DNA of 17,128 nucleotides from Candidatus Hermodarchaeota archaeon (GCA_048885535.1 JBHLLO010000066.1:1-17128), one strand, 5' to 3'; positions 1 to 8,949 are shown, counted from the stretch's first letter. Program-made: numbers and translations. The notes: generated from the letters alone by a model not told the origin.

Positions 1-318
1 GCTGTTGCTGGGAATAATATAATCTATGTAAATAACACAAGTTGTGCAGAAGTTTCTACATCAAAAGATTTTGTCACATCTTGGAAAGTACCATGGGTTC
101 ATCATTTATTTGAAAGTGGAGCTACAATTGCAGAAGCAATAAGTACAGCATATAAAATATTAAAAGCTAAAGGAAAATTTGATGGAGAAGTTCCATACTT
201 GATACATATAGGCGGAGATGGCTCTACCTATGATATTGGATTCCAATTTCTGAAAGCAGCTCTTATTAGAACTAGTTCCTTTGTAGAAATGAATGAGTAT
301 TTGGCAAACCAGAAATAA
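1..318 (+). CDS. 3' part of a 2-oxoacid:ferredoxin oxidoreductase beta-subunit-like (PorB-like, TPP-binding) domain; runs off the left edge and ends early
   Basis: Frame +1 is open from base 1 to TAA at 316-318: AVAGNNIIYVNNTSCAEVSTSKDFVTSWKVPWVHHLFESGATIAEAIS...IHIGGDGSTYDIGFQFLKAALIR...NQK*. This resembles PorB motifs (TGCxEV, WxVPWxHxxFE, GGDGxxxDIG). Absent from the ORF track because its start is outside the window. Confidence 0.8.
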   Translation, partial: AVAGNNIIYVNNTSCAEVSTSKDFVTSWKVPWVHHLFESGATIAEAISTAYKILKAKGKFDGEVPYLIHIGGDGSTYDIGFQFLKAALIRTSSFVEMNEYLANQK

Positions 319-339
319 ACATACCTTAAATTTCTTTTT

Positions 340-1206
340 TTAAATTATTTCTTCCTTAGAATAATAGTTAAGCAAGTATTCTAATGCTTTTTGTATTTGC
401 CAATCTTCTGCAGGTTCAAAAGGATACTCTGGTATTATTATCTGCTCAATCATTTTTCCTTCAGATATATTCCTTAAAACAGCCTTTTTTAAGTTTTTCA
501 TAAATGAAAGTTGTTCATTAATATATTTTTTCCCTACTACATAGCCATGACCTGGTATAATTGCATCAACTTTTAACGTCAAGATATGTTCAAATGAGTT
601 TATCCAACCTTCAAAACTTTCAGTTGGGTCACTTATAAACGGCCAGTATCCAGAGGCTACTAAATCTCCTGTAAATAGGACATTCTCGCTTGGAAAATAG
701 GCATATGATGAACACGCAGTATGACCTCCAGAGGTAAAAAATTCTACCTTTAAATCATCATCCTTTAAGACCCAATAGTTATCAAAACCCCGTTTTGGGA
801 TAATAATTTCAATTTCATCAATTATTTCTGAAATTTCAGGCTCGCTTTCTTTCCATTCATTAAATGCTTCTTTCGTCCAATTCTTTTCTCTCTTTCTTTT
901 TAAGGCTTCAATCAAGATATTAGAACCGAAAATCTCTACATCCTTGAATGCTCTAACACCGAAATAATGATCACTATGAGAATGAGTTATGAATAAATAT
1001 TTTACGGGTAAATTATATTTCTTTTCTAATTCGTTTCTAAATTCTTTAGCTTGTCTAGGATAAATTAAAGTATCAATTACAAGAATATAATTATTTAAAA
1101 TAATCGCACCAGCATTCAGATTGAAATAATCTCTATAATTAGCAATAACTGTGTGTGATGAAACTTCCTTAAATTCAAAAACTAAATTTATAGTTCTTTC
1201 ACTCAT
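340..1206 (-). CDS. MBL-fold metallo-hydrolase (glyoxalase II/cyclase-like)
   Basis: Motifs THSHSDH (HxHxDH), GGHT, FTGD and IPGHG. ATG at 1206 (MSERT...) is preferred over the track's TTG at 1215. Confidence 0.88.
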   Translation of the reverse strand: MSERTINLVFEFKEVSSHTVIANYRDYFNLNAGAIILNNYILVIDTLIYPRQAKEFRNELEKKYNLPVKYLFITHSHSDHYFGVRAFKDVEIFGSNILIEALKRKREKNWTKEAFNEWKESEPEISEIIDEIEIIIPKRGFDNYWVLKDDDLKVEFFTSGGHTACSSYAYFPSENVLFTGDLVASGYWPFISDPTESFEGWINSFEHILTLKVDAIIPGHGYVVGKKYINEQLSFMKNLKKAVLRNISEGKMIEQIIIPEYPFEPAEDWQIQKALEYLLNYYSKEEII

Positions 1207-1345
1207 GTTAATCAAAAGAAGTCTAGAAAATTTATAAAGACTGAGATATCGACAAGATATACTAAGAGATTGGATTAATTTACCATTAATGTAGCGTTTT
1301 TACTTTTTTTTAATTTTTATTTATTATCTTTACTTTAACAAATAT

Positions 1346-2107
1346 ATGCCAATTAAAATAGAAAAAAAGTATCCTATTTACACAATTATTATTGATAATC
1401 CTGAAGTTAAAAATGCTGTGGATGGTCCCACCGCTGCTGAGTTGGCTGATGCTTTTCGAGATTTCGAGCAAGATGAGCAAGCATTAGTAGGAGTATTATG
1501 GGGGGACCATGGAACATTCTGTGCGGGAGCCAATCTCAAGGCTATAGCGGAGGAGAAAGGAAATCGAGTAGATTCCGAAGGAGATGGTCCTATGGGACCT
1601 TCAAGACTGATGCTTTCTAAACCAGTTATAGCGGCTGTAGCTGGACATGCTGTTGCTGGTGGTCTAGAACTTGCTCTTTGGTGTGATCTACGTGTTGTTG
1701 AAAAGAGTGCGATATTTGGAGTATTTTGTCGTAGGTTTGGAGTCCCCTTAATTGATGGGGGAACAGTCCGCCTACCAAGATTGATTGGCTTAAGTAGAGC
1801 ATTGGACATGATTTTAACCGGTAGACCTATCTCTGCGCAAGAAGCATATCAATGGGGATTGGCAAATCGCATAGTCGAAGATGGACAATCTCGTTTTGAG
1901 GCTGAACAGATTGCTAAACAGATTGCTGAATTCCCTCAGACATGTATGAGGAATGACCGTTTATCTGCTTATAACCAATTTGGGTTAGATATCAAATCTG
2001 CCATGCAAAGTGAGTTTGAATATGGCTTAAAAACTCTAGAAAGCGGAGAATATCTAAAAGGAAGTAAAGCTTTTACTCAAGGAAAGGGAAAGCATGGTAA
2101 ATTCTAA
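1346..2107 (+). CDS. Crotonase/enoyl-CoA hydratase family protein
   Basis: Motifs KNAVD, FCAGANLK, KPVIAAVAGHAVAGGLELALWCDLRV and RLPRLIGLSRALDMILTGR. Confidence 0.95.
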   Translation: MPIKIEKKYPIYTIIIDNPEVKNAVDGPTAAELADAFRDFEQDEQALVGVLWGDHGTFCAGANLKAIAEEKGNRVDSEGDGPMGPSRLMLSKPVIAAVAGHAVAGGLELALWCDLRVVEKSAIFGVFCRRFGVPLIDGGTVRLPRLIGLSRALDMILTGRPISAQEAYQWGLANRIVEDGQSRFEAEQIAKQIAEFPQTCMRNDRLSAYNQFGLDIKSAMQSEFEYGLKTLESGEYLKGSKAFTQGKGKHGKF

Positions 2108-2183
2108 CATTAATTATATTACTTTTTTAAATAAGTAGTAACCAGCTGTTTTTTATAACCAATTCATGTTTAGAAGGGAAGAA

Positions 2184-3077
2184 TTAATGATTTATTAGTT
2201 CATTGATTATATACGTTATCCATAATCCTGGTTTTTTAGGAATATCAAAATCTATCCATGCTGATTTCATATAAGAAGCATCTGCTTGCCAAAAGCTGTC
2301 TTTTCTTCTTTTACTTTTTAAGATATTTATCGCATCTATACAATACTCGTCTGATATCAAATTATTTGCTTTAAGAAGGGATAAAATTTCTATAAGATTC
2401 GATTTATATGTGTAAGGATAAAAATTTAAAATAATAGAATCCTCAATAGGTTCATCTGAAGATAATTTCTTGAATACCCTATGTCGAAGGATATACTCTA
2501 ATCCTTGTTTAAGTTTTTCTTCTATGTTATCTGAACTTCCAAATCTTTTCTTATATTCAGTCAGTGCAATCATGGATTTTACAACTCCATAATAACATGG
2601 GACTTTTTTCATACAACCTCCAAATCTAGTATATAGATCTGAACCTGACCACAAACATTCTTTACCTCTCTCAACGGATTGATATTTTAATATCCAATCG
2701 ATCCCTGCATCAATTTTTCCTTTATCATCATATCCCATCTTTATAAGGATTGTTGTAATCATAGCGTTATGGCAAGCAAGTAAATTATCTCTATTTCCTT
2801 CCAGCGAAAATCCTTCTTGAATATATGAGTTATCTGCTAAGATCTGAATCCAATTCTGAACCTTTTCTAATGTATACGTAAGAGGAATCTCAGATAATTC
2901 TAATAATCGCCACATATAAGCTCGAAGCCCAACAAAAGTATTAGGAGGTCGTGTAGGGGGTGTCAAAAGTTTATTCATAAGTTCTGATTGCTTAAGCATT
3001 CTCTGAGCTTCTTCTATTGAGATATCTTCTCCTTTTTCATAAATTTTTTTCAGACTTAAAGCGGAATCTTCAATCAT
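2184..3077 (-). CDS. Hypothetical protein, possibly prenyltransferase/squalene-oxidase-repeat (alpha/alpha toroid) fold
   Basis: 297-aa ORF with helical repeats GIDWILKYQ, GLEYILRHR and AINILKSKRRKDSFW, plus a C-terminal KPGLWIT. These resemble QW-like repeats of prenyltransferase-fold hypotheticals. No DXDD cyclase motif was seen. Confidence 0.45.
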   Translation of the reverse strand: MIEDSALSLKKIYEKGEDISIEEAQRMLKQSELMNKLLTPPTRPPNTFVGLRAYMWRLLELSEIPLTYTLEKVQNWIQILADNSYIQEGFSLEGNRDNLLACHNAMITTILIKMGYDDKGKIDAGIDWILKYQSVERGKECLWSGSDLYTRFGGCMKKVPCYYGVVKSMIALTEYKKRFGSSDNIEEKLKQGLEYILRHRVFKKLSSDEPIEDSIILNFYPYTYKSNLIEILSLLKANNLISDEYCIDAINILKSKRRKDSFWQADASYMKSAWIDFDIPKKPGLWITYIINELINH

Positions 3078-3163
3078 AATAATTAGTAAATTATTATTGT
3101 GGTTAATTTCACGTGTTAGGTAGATGATTAAGATTAAAATAATTAATTATCCTATAAAATCTT

Positions 3164-3568
3164 ATGATAAAATTTGAAAAATTTAGAATTAAAACACACA
3201 AAAGAGAAGAGCTGTTAAATATAACCAATAACGTCACCAATGTTGTTAGAAATTCTGGTATTAAAGAAGGAGTATGTCGAATCTTTATCCCTCATACCAC
3301 AGCCGGGATTACTATAAATGAGAATGCTGATCCAGCAGTAATGCGAGACATTATTAATTTTTTAAATAAATTAATCCCTCAGCACTCAAACTTTTCCCAT
3401 ATGGAGGGAAATTCAGATGCTCATATAAAATCGAGTTTAACAGGTCCTTCTTTAGATGTAATTATACATAATGGTAATCTGGTTTTAGGAACTTGGCAAG
3501 GTTTAATGTTTGCTGAATACGATGGTCCACGTAATAGAAAAGTCTATATTCAAGTTCAAGGAGAGTGA
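3164..3568 (+). CDS. yjbQ: YjbQ / UPF0047 family protein (secondary thiamine-phosphate synthase-like)
   Basis: Motifs PHTTAGITINENADP, HMEGNSDAHIKSSL, LGTWQG and EYDGPRNR. Confidence 0.95.
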   Translation: MIKFEKFRIKTHKREELLNITNNVTNVVRNSGIKEGVCRIFIPHTTAGITINENADPAVMRDIINFLNKLIPQHSNFSHMEGNSDAHIKSSLTGPSLDVIIHNGNLVLGTWQGLMFAEYDGPRNRKVYIQVQGE

Positions 3569-3652
3569 ATATATCTTTTAATGTTAAAATTTAAATTATT
3601 ATACAACAAAATATACTTCATAATAATGATCTAACTAGAACTCTCCTAAATC

Positions 3653-4540
3653 ATGAGTATAGTATTGTATTGGATAGGAGTTTTAATGGCAATATTATCT
3701 GGTGTTGTAAATAATTTTGGAACTGTCCTTCAAAAAAAAGTTGTTAATGAAATTAAAGATGATTCAAAATTTTTTAAAAATTTAATAAAGAATCGTTTAT
3801 GGCTAATAGGATTAATCCTTCAGCTTTTTATAGGCGCAATACTTTTTCTAATTGCCCAAATGTATATTGGTCCAACGCTTATTCCGGGGTTAATGGCAGC
3901 AGGGTTGATCATTTTGGCAATAGGTTCAGTTAGAATAGTAGGTGAAACACTGGAAAAATCAGAAATTATTGGAATTGTATTAATGATAATTGCGATTACT
4001 TTTATAGGTTTTAGTAGTATGGAGATTGATATTGGATCTCAAAATTTTCTTGAACTAGGATTAATCGTTCGCATAATAACGTTTACTATCATTGTATATG
4101 TTTTAGCAGCTATTTTTTACGTTTTACAAATCAAGAATATTTCTAAAGGTATTTCATTAGCAATTTATTCTGGATTTCAATTTGCATTATCTAATTTTTG
4201 GGTAAGTCCGATTATGGGCGTGATTGCTCATGTGTTCGGTGGAACAGCACAATTATTAGAAATTATTATATTTATTGTAAGTTTAGTTATTTTAATTTCT
4301 GCAAATGTATTTGGAATTTCTTCAATCCAAAAAGCATTCCGTGAAGGACAAGCAAGCAATTTAATACCAATACAGCAAGTACCAATTCAAATAGCTCCTC
4401 CTTTCTACTATATCGCCGTGTTTCTAATTCCAATTCAAGATATTTTATCAATATTTTTCCTAACAATCGGAATTTTTTTAGTAATAATAAGTTCATTTTT
4501 ATTGGGAAAAAGACAAGCTCAAATTGAAAAGATTAAGTAA
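3653..4540 (+). CDS. DMT-superfamily membrane transporter (NIPA/Mg2+-transporter-like)
   Basis: About 9 hydrophobic segments. The N-terminal IGVLMAILSGVVNNFGTVLQKK followed by LIKNRLWLIG, plus GETL and QKAFREG, is a pattern typical of NIPA-like/EamA-like proteins. Confidence 0.75.
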   Translation: MSIVLYWIGVLMAILSGVVNNFGTVLQKKVVNEIKDDSKFFKNLIKNRLWLIGLILQLFIGAILFLIAQMYIGPTLIPGLMAAGLIILAIGSVRIVGETLEKSEIIGIVLMIIAITFIGFSSMEIDIGSQNFLELGLIVRIITFTIIVYVLAAIFYVLQIKNISKGISLAIYSGFQFALSNFWVSPIMGVIAHVFGGTAQLLEIIIFIVSLVILISANVFGISSIQKAFREGQASNLIPIQQVPIQIAPPFYYIAVFLIPIQDILSIFFLTIGIFLVIISSFLLGKRQAQIEKIK

Positions 4541-4561
4541 CAAATACCTTAGAGTTGCATA

Positions 4562-5362
4562 ATGGCAAAATTTATTTTCTTTCAACCACATCCAGATGAT
4601 TTAGAATTCAATTGTGCTCATCTAATACATTATTTGTCTAAAAAAAGGAGGAATCCTCATATCATTAAGGTTGCTTCAATTACTAAAGGTGAATTTGGTT
4701 TACCAGGATTTAAATATGATAAATTTAAAGGAGAGTTTTTAGGAAAAAAAAGGACAACGGAATTATTTTCTGCTATGAAGATCCATGATATCCCACCTGA
4801 AAACATACACTTTTTTGGTTATGTAGATGGTTTAGTTAAATTTGACAGAGAATTTGTTCAAAGCATTTCAGATTATTTAAATAAAGAAAGACCTGATGTA
4901 ATTTTTGCTCCAGAAGCTATTTACACCTGGTATTATCATTTGGATCACGTGAATACTGGAAAAGCAATTTTTTACATAATTTCACAAAAATTAATCAATT
5001 TTACCCCTATTTTATATTTCTATGGTACTTCGCATCCAAATTTCTTTTTTGGCTTCAAAAAAGAACAAATTAGTTTAATTGAAAAACTCCTTCAGTGTCA
5101 TAAAACTCAATATTGGTTGATTAATAGATTAAAGTTAAATTATAAGTTTTCAACTAGAAGAGCGGGTTTAAGGTTAAATGGTTGGAATTATGCTGAAAAA
5201 TATAGAAGAGTTTATTTTCTTAAAACGAATCTTAATAAAAATAAAGCTTCTTTATTCCAAACAATTTTAACTCATTGGTTCTCAAGTATGCCTTGGTTTA
5301 AGGCACAATATCCTAAAAAGGTATTAGAAAAGTTGAAAAGCCAAAATAAACAATTAAGATAA
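4562..5362 (+). CDS. PIG-L/LmbE family N-acetylglucosaminyl deacetylase
   Basis: Metal-binding motifs PHPDD and HLDH, plus TKGE.G and R..E. Confidence 0.88.
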   Translation: MAKFIFFQPHPDDLEFNCAHLIHYLSKKRRNPHIIKVASITKGEFGLPGFKYDKFKGEFLGKKRTTELFSAMKIHDIPPENIHFFGYVDGLVKFDREFVQSISDYLNKERPDVIFAPEAIYTWYYHLDHVNTGKAIFYIISQKLINFTPILYFYGTSHPNFFFGFKKEQISLIEKLLQCHKTQYWLINRLKLNYKFSTRRAGLRLNGWNYAEKYRRVYFLKTNLNKNKASLFQTILTHWFSSMPWFKAQYPKKVLEKLKSQNKQLR

Positions 5363-5438
5363 AATGAATAAGATTTTATATAAATTAATTAAATCAAATT
5401 ACATTTTAATTGAATAATAAGAATAAAGAGTGTGTAAA

Positions 5439-5777
5439 ATGGCATCAAAGGAAGAAATTAAAAGTGCTTTAAATAAATGGATTAATATGATGGATAACCC
5501 CGAAGTTGCTGAAGAATTTGAAGGATACAATAAAACTCTTCAATTTATATTTCCTGATATTGAGTATAAGACAAGAATGATTTTTAAAGATAAAACTGCA
5601 AAACTTGAAGATGGATTCGATGAAAAAGCAGATATGGGGTTGGAAACAAACTCAGATTTATTTATAGGAATTGCAACTGGAGAGGTTGATCCAATGGAAG
5701 CATTCATGGAGGGAGAAATCATTATTCGCGGAGACATGAATGCTATTCAAAGATTAGAGGTATTTATGGATCTATAA
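5439..5777 (+). CDS. SCP2 sterol/lipid-binding domain protein (stand-alone)
   Basis: C-terminal DLFIGIATGEVDPMEAFMEGEIIIRGDM is the SCP2 signature. ATG at 5439 is preferred over GTG at 5430. Confidence 0.88.
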   Translation: MASKEEIKSALNKWINMMDNPEVAEEFEGYNKTLQFIFPDIEYKTRMIFKDKTAKLEDGFDEKADMGLETNSDLFIGIATGEVDPMEAFMEGEIIIRGDMNAIQRLEVFMDL

Positions 5778-5812
5778 CCTCATACTTAGTAATTTTTTAA
5801 ATTGGGGTTATT

Positions 5813-6949
5813 ATGAACGATTTTGTAAAATTTGGTATTGTTGGAGTTGGTTCCGTTTGGAGATATCACAAATTGGGAAGTAAAAACAATCCAAAAATTA
5901 AATTTACCGCAGCATATGATATCAACCAAGATAATTTAGCTAAAGCTGCCAAGTACTCTAAATTTGAAACTTATTCAAATTTAGATACATTCTTAAAAAG
6001 CGATATTAATGCTATTCTAGTTTTAGTTCCTCATTATTTGCATAAAGATATTGTTGTTGCTGCTGCAGAAGCAGGAAAGCATGTTTTATGTGAGAAACCA
6101 ATGGCACCCACACTTGAAGAATGTGATGAAATGATTCATGCAACTAAAAAAGCAGGAGTTAAATTTATGATTGCTGAGAATCATCGTTTTTTACCGGCTC
6201 ATCAACTTATCAAAGATATGTTGAGTAAAGGTTTTATAGGAGATGTGTTTCTGGGGCGTACATATGAAGGTGCATATTGTTCCCCTAATGAGTTTCTAGA
6301 TTCAAGTTGGTGGCATTTCTGTTATGATAAGGGTGGTGGTGGAGTGGTTGCAGACCAAGGAGTTCATAAATTTACTATGCTAAACTGGTTTTTAGGTGAG
6401 GTAAATTCAGCGCATTGTTGGCTAAGTAAAACGCTAAAGTCTCCCCCTAATAAAGGAGAGGATACAGCAATTATTTTATTACAATTTAAGTGTGGAGCTG
6501 TAATAACAGTTGACATTTCCTCGACAACTGTTCATCCCCTTACAAATAGAACAGAATTACATGGAACTAAGGGTAGTATATTAGAGGATCATTCATGGCA
6601 AGATCCTATCCGAGTATTCACTTCACATCCAGAGGCTGAAGTTAAAGGTGAATTCTATAGTCCTAAAATTGAACATGGTCCTTATCCTGAATATTATAAA
6701 GTATCAATGGGTAAAGAAGATGCATATTTTGCAGAGTGTATATTAGAAGATAAACAACCTGAATTTACTCCTGAAGAAGCGAGACAAGGTGTTGCCATTG
6801 TTCTCCTTTCTTATCTTTCAGCTAAGAAGAAAAGCATAGCTACCATGGAAGATTTACAGAGAGTTTATAAAAATGAAGGAACTAAAACGGTTTTAGAAGG
6901 TCTAGAGGATGTAGTTCAAAAAAATTATAAAATGATTAATTGGAAATAA
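5813..6949 (+). CDS. Gfo/Idh/MocA family oxidoreductase
   Basis: Rossmann motif GIVGVG, AGKHVLCEKP, ENHRF and GGGVVADQGVH. Confidence 0.93.
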   Translation: MNDFVKFGIVGVGSVWRYHKLGSKNNPKIKFTAAYDINQDNLAKAAKYSKFETYSNLDTFLKSDINAILVLVPHYLHKDIVVAAAEAGKHVLCEKPMAPTLEECDEMIHATKKAGVKFMIAENHRFLPAHQLIKDMLSKGFIGDVFLGRTYEGAYCSPNEFLDSSWWHFCYDKGGGGVVADQGVHKFTMLNWFLGEVNSAHCWLSKTLKSPPNKGEDTAIILLQFKCGAVITVDISSTTVHPLTNRTELHGTKGSILEDHSWQDPIRVFTSHPEAEVKGEFYSPKIEHGPYPEYYKVSMGKEDAYFAECILEDKQPEFTPEEARQGVAIVLLSYLSAKKKSIATMEDLQRVYKNEGTKTVLEGLEDVVQKNYKMINWK

Positions 6950-6953
6950 CAAT

Positions 6954-8879
6954 TTATTCAATTCTAATTATATTAATTTCATGAATTCCACTTTCTTTAA
7001 TTTCAACACTAACTAATTGCTTATTCTCCTCTTTTAAAATTTTTCCCCTTGAAGCTTTAACCTTAAAACCTTTAGGATAGTGAATCTTTGGAATATACAA
7101 CAAAGTCGGTTCTTTAATCGACTTATCTCCATCAAATTTGAAATAAAATGAACCATCTTTTATATTAAACTCCATTTGTAATGGATTCCCCGAACATCGT
7201 ATAAAATGGGGCCTACAGAATCCTTTTATCGCTCTACCACCACTATTAATATTACTTGGTTCTAAAGCTTGACTTTTACTAAAAATAGATAAATCTTCTA
7301 AGTTCCATTGGTCTCCCCATTCATTAGTATTATCTGCTGTGTAATTCCATAAGGTTGAATGTAATAAATTGCTATCTAAAGCGTTATAATACATTGTCAA
7401 TAATTTAATATGTTTTTTCCATGCTAAATCAGGTTCTGACTTAAACTTCTGATAAGCTTCTTTATTATTAAGATCAAATGGTAATCCAAATTCTCCTAAT
7501 AAAGTTGGAATTCCTCCATGTATTGATTTAGCAATATTTTTAATGTAACTCAGTTGTTGAATAAACATTTCTTGAACATTACTTCTTCCCATAACCATTT
7601 TATCCTCTACTATATTGAAATTTGCCTTTATCATGGGACGTTTTAATATTAGTGTAACTCCATCATACCAATGCCCTGCATGCACTACATTTTTAGGAAC
7701 GCTAAATTTTAATCCTTCTCCTTTTAGCATCCTTATTGGATGACTTTCAAAAAAGATTATACAATTAGGAATTACTTCTCTAATAATTTCAGTATATTTA
7801 AAGATAAAAGGTGATAAATAATCTTGATAAAAATTAACATTCCTATTGTCTTTAATTACAAAATAGTAATTCTTTAGAATAACCGGTTCTCCATTTTCAT
7901 TTAATCCCCAAATTCCTTCTCTTCTCCAAATATCATCTACTCCTTCAATCCAACATGAAACCTTTTTAGTGTTTAAAGCATCCTTTCTTGTTTCTCTAAC
8001 CCCGAGTCGTTTTATTTCTTTAAAGCCAATAGTTCTTGTACATCCTGCACCAGTTAACATAGCATCAAAGGGTGTAAAAGTATAACCTAATTCTTCGCTT
8101 AGTTTTTCGGCTCCGATTCCGTCAATTCTTTTTTCTATCCATCCTTGCTCTGGTTCATTTAAACTATCAAATCCAATCACGGAAGAATTGTCTTTAACTC
8201 TTAATGCCACTTGTTTAATCGCATTAAAATAATGTTCTTGTAAATATTCTTGCGCATTTAATCCATCGATAACACAAGAGGGAGCAAAATCTTTCCCACC
8301 AAAAAATAAGGTCCACATAGTACCATTCGCAAACCTGAGAGAATTACTACTCCATTGCATTGCAGGATATGCCTTTGGGTTATTTGGATCATACCTATAT
8401 TGCATGACTAATGCTGCTTCAGAATCATCAAATTTGGTGATATCCAAACCCACTTTTTCAAAAGTCCAGCCAGGTGCTCCGTCTCCTCCACTCATACGAC
8501 TCCAAACATCTTGATGAGGATCAATAAAAGTATAAAAACCAAACTCAGTTGAAATCTTTAAAATCTCTTCAATATAGTCAAGATACTCTTTATCATATTC
8601 TTTTGGGCCTTTATGTTCGATTGCTTCCCACGTGATTAAAAAGCGTAAACAATTAAACCCCCAATGCTTTAACCGATTAAAATGTTCATTAGCTTCTTTC
8701 AAAGGAAAAGGACGACCTACAAAAGAAACATCACAATGGTCACTAAAATCAGTTCTTATGTGAGTTGCTCCGTTTGGTTTAAAGGGAACTTTAGAACTAC
8801 CTCCCAGATTTACTCCTCTTAAAAGCACTTTCCGTCCTTTATCATCAATAAACCATTCTTTATCAATTCTAAGCGACAT
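6954..8879 (-). CDS. Glycoside hydrolase family 5, EGCrP/Egh1-like (steryl-beta-glucosidase/glucosylceramidase-like) with C-terminal GH5_C domain
   Basis: Motifs LRGVNLGGSSKVP, VSFVGRPFPL, WEAIEH, DPHQDVWSRMSGGDGAPGW, SLNEP (acid/base), LGEFG (nucleophile), WNYTADN and GDQWNLEDLS are characteristic of the endoglycoceramidase-related GH5 group. Confidence 0.85.
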   Translation of the reverse strand: MSLRIDKEWFIDDKGRKVLLRGVNLGGSSKVPFKPNGATHIRTDFSDHCDVSFVGRPFPLKEANEHFNRLKHWGFNCLRFLITWEAIEHKGPKEYDKEYLDYIEEILKISTEFGFYTFIDPHQDVWSRMSGGDGAPGWTFEKVGLDITKFDDSEAALVMQYRYDPNNPKAYPAMQWSSNSLRFANGTMWTLFFGGKDFAPSCVIDGLNAQEYLQEHYFNAIKQVALRVKDNSSVIGFDSLNEPEQGWIEKRIDGIGAEKLSEELGYTFTPFDAMLTGAGCTRTIGFKEIKRLGVRETRKDALNTKKVSCWIEGVDDIWRREGIWGLNENGEPVILKNYYFVIKDNRNVNFYQDYLSPFIFKYTEIIREVIPNCIIFFESHPIRMLKGEGLKFSVPKNVVHAGHWYDGVTLILKRPMIKANFNIVEDKMVMGRSNVQEMFIQQLSYIKNIAKSIHGGIPTLLGEFGLPFDLNNKEAYQKFKSEPDLAWKKHIKLLTMYYNALDSNLLHSTLWNYTADNTNEWGDQWNLEDLSIFSKSQALEPSNINSGGRAIKGFCRPHFIRCSGNPLQMEFNIKDGSFYFKFDGDKSIKEPTLLYIPKIHYPKGFKVKASRGKILKEENKQLVSVEIKESGIHEINIIRIE

Positions 8880-8949
8880 GATATTTATCTATAAAACTTT
8901 TAGAAATTTAAGTTAACTTATATGTTAAATACTTTTGAAAAGTTAAGTA

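Noticed and set aside
1378-1809. 143-aa antisense ORF
   Set aside because: Shadow of the well-supported crotonase, with no recognisable motifs.
4287-5737. Short antisense ORFs 4287-4496 and 5540-5737
   Set aside because: They lie entirely within confident + strand genes and have no family signal.
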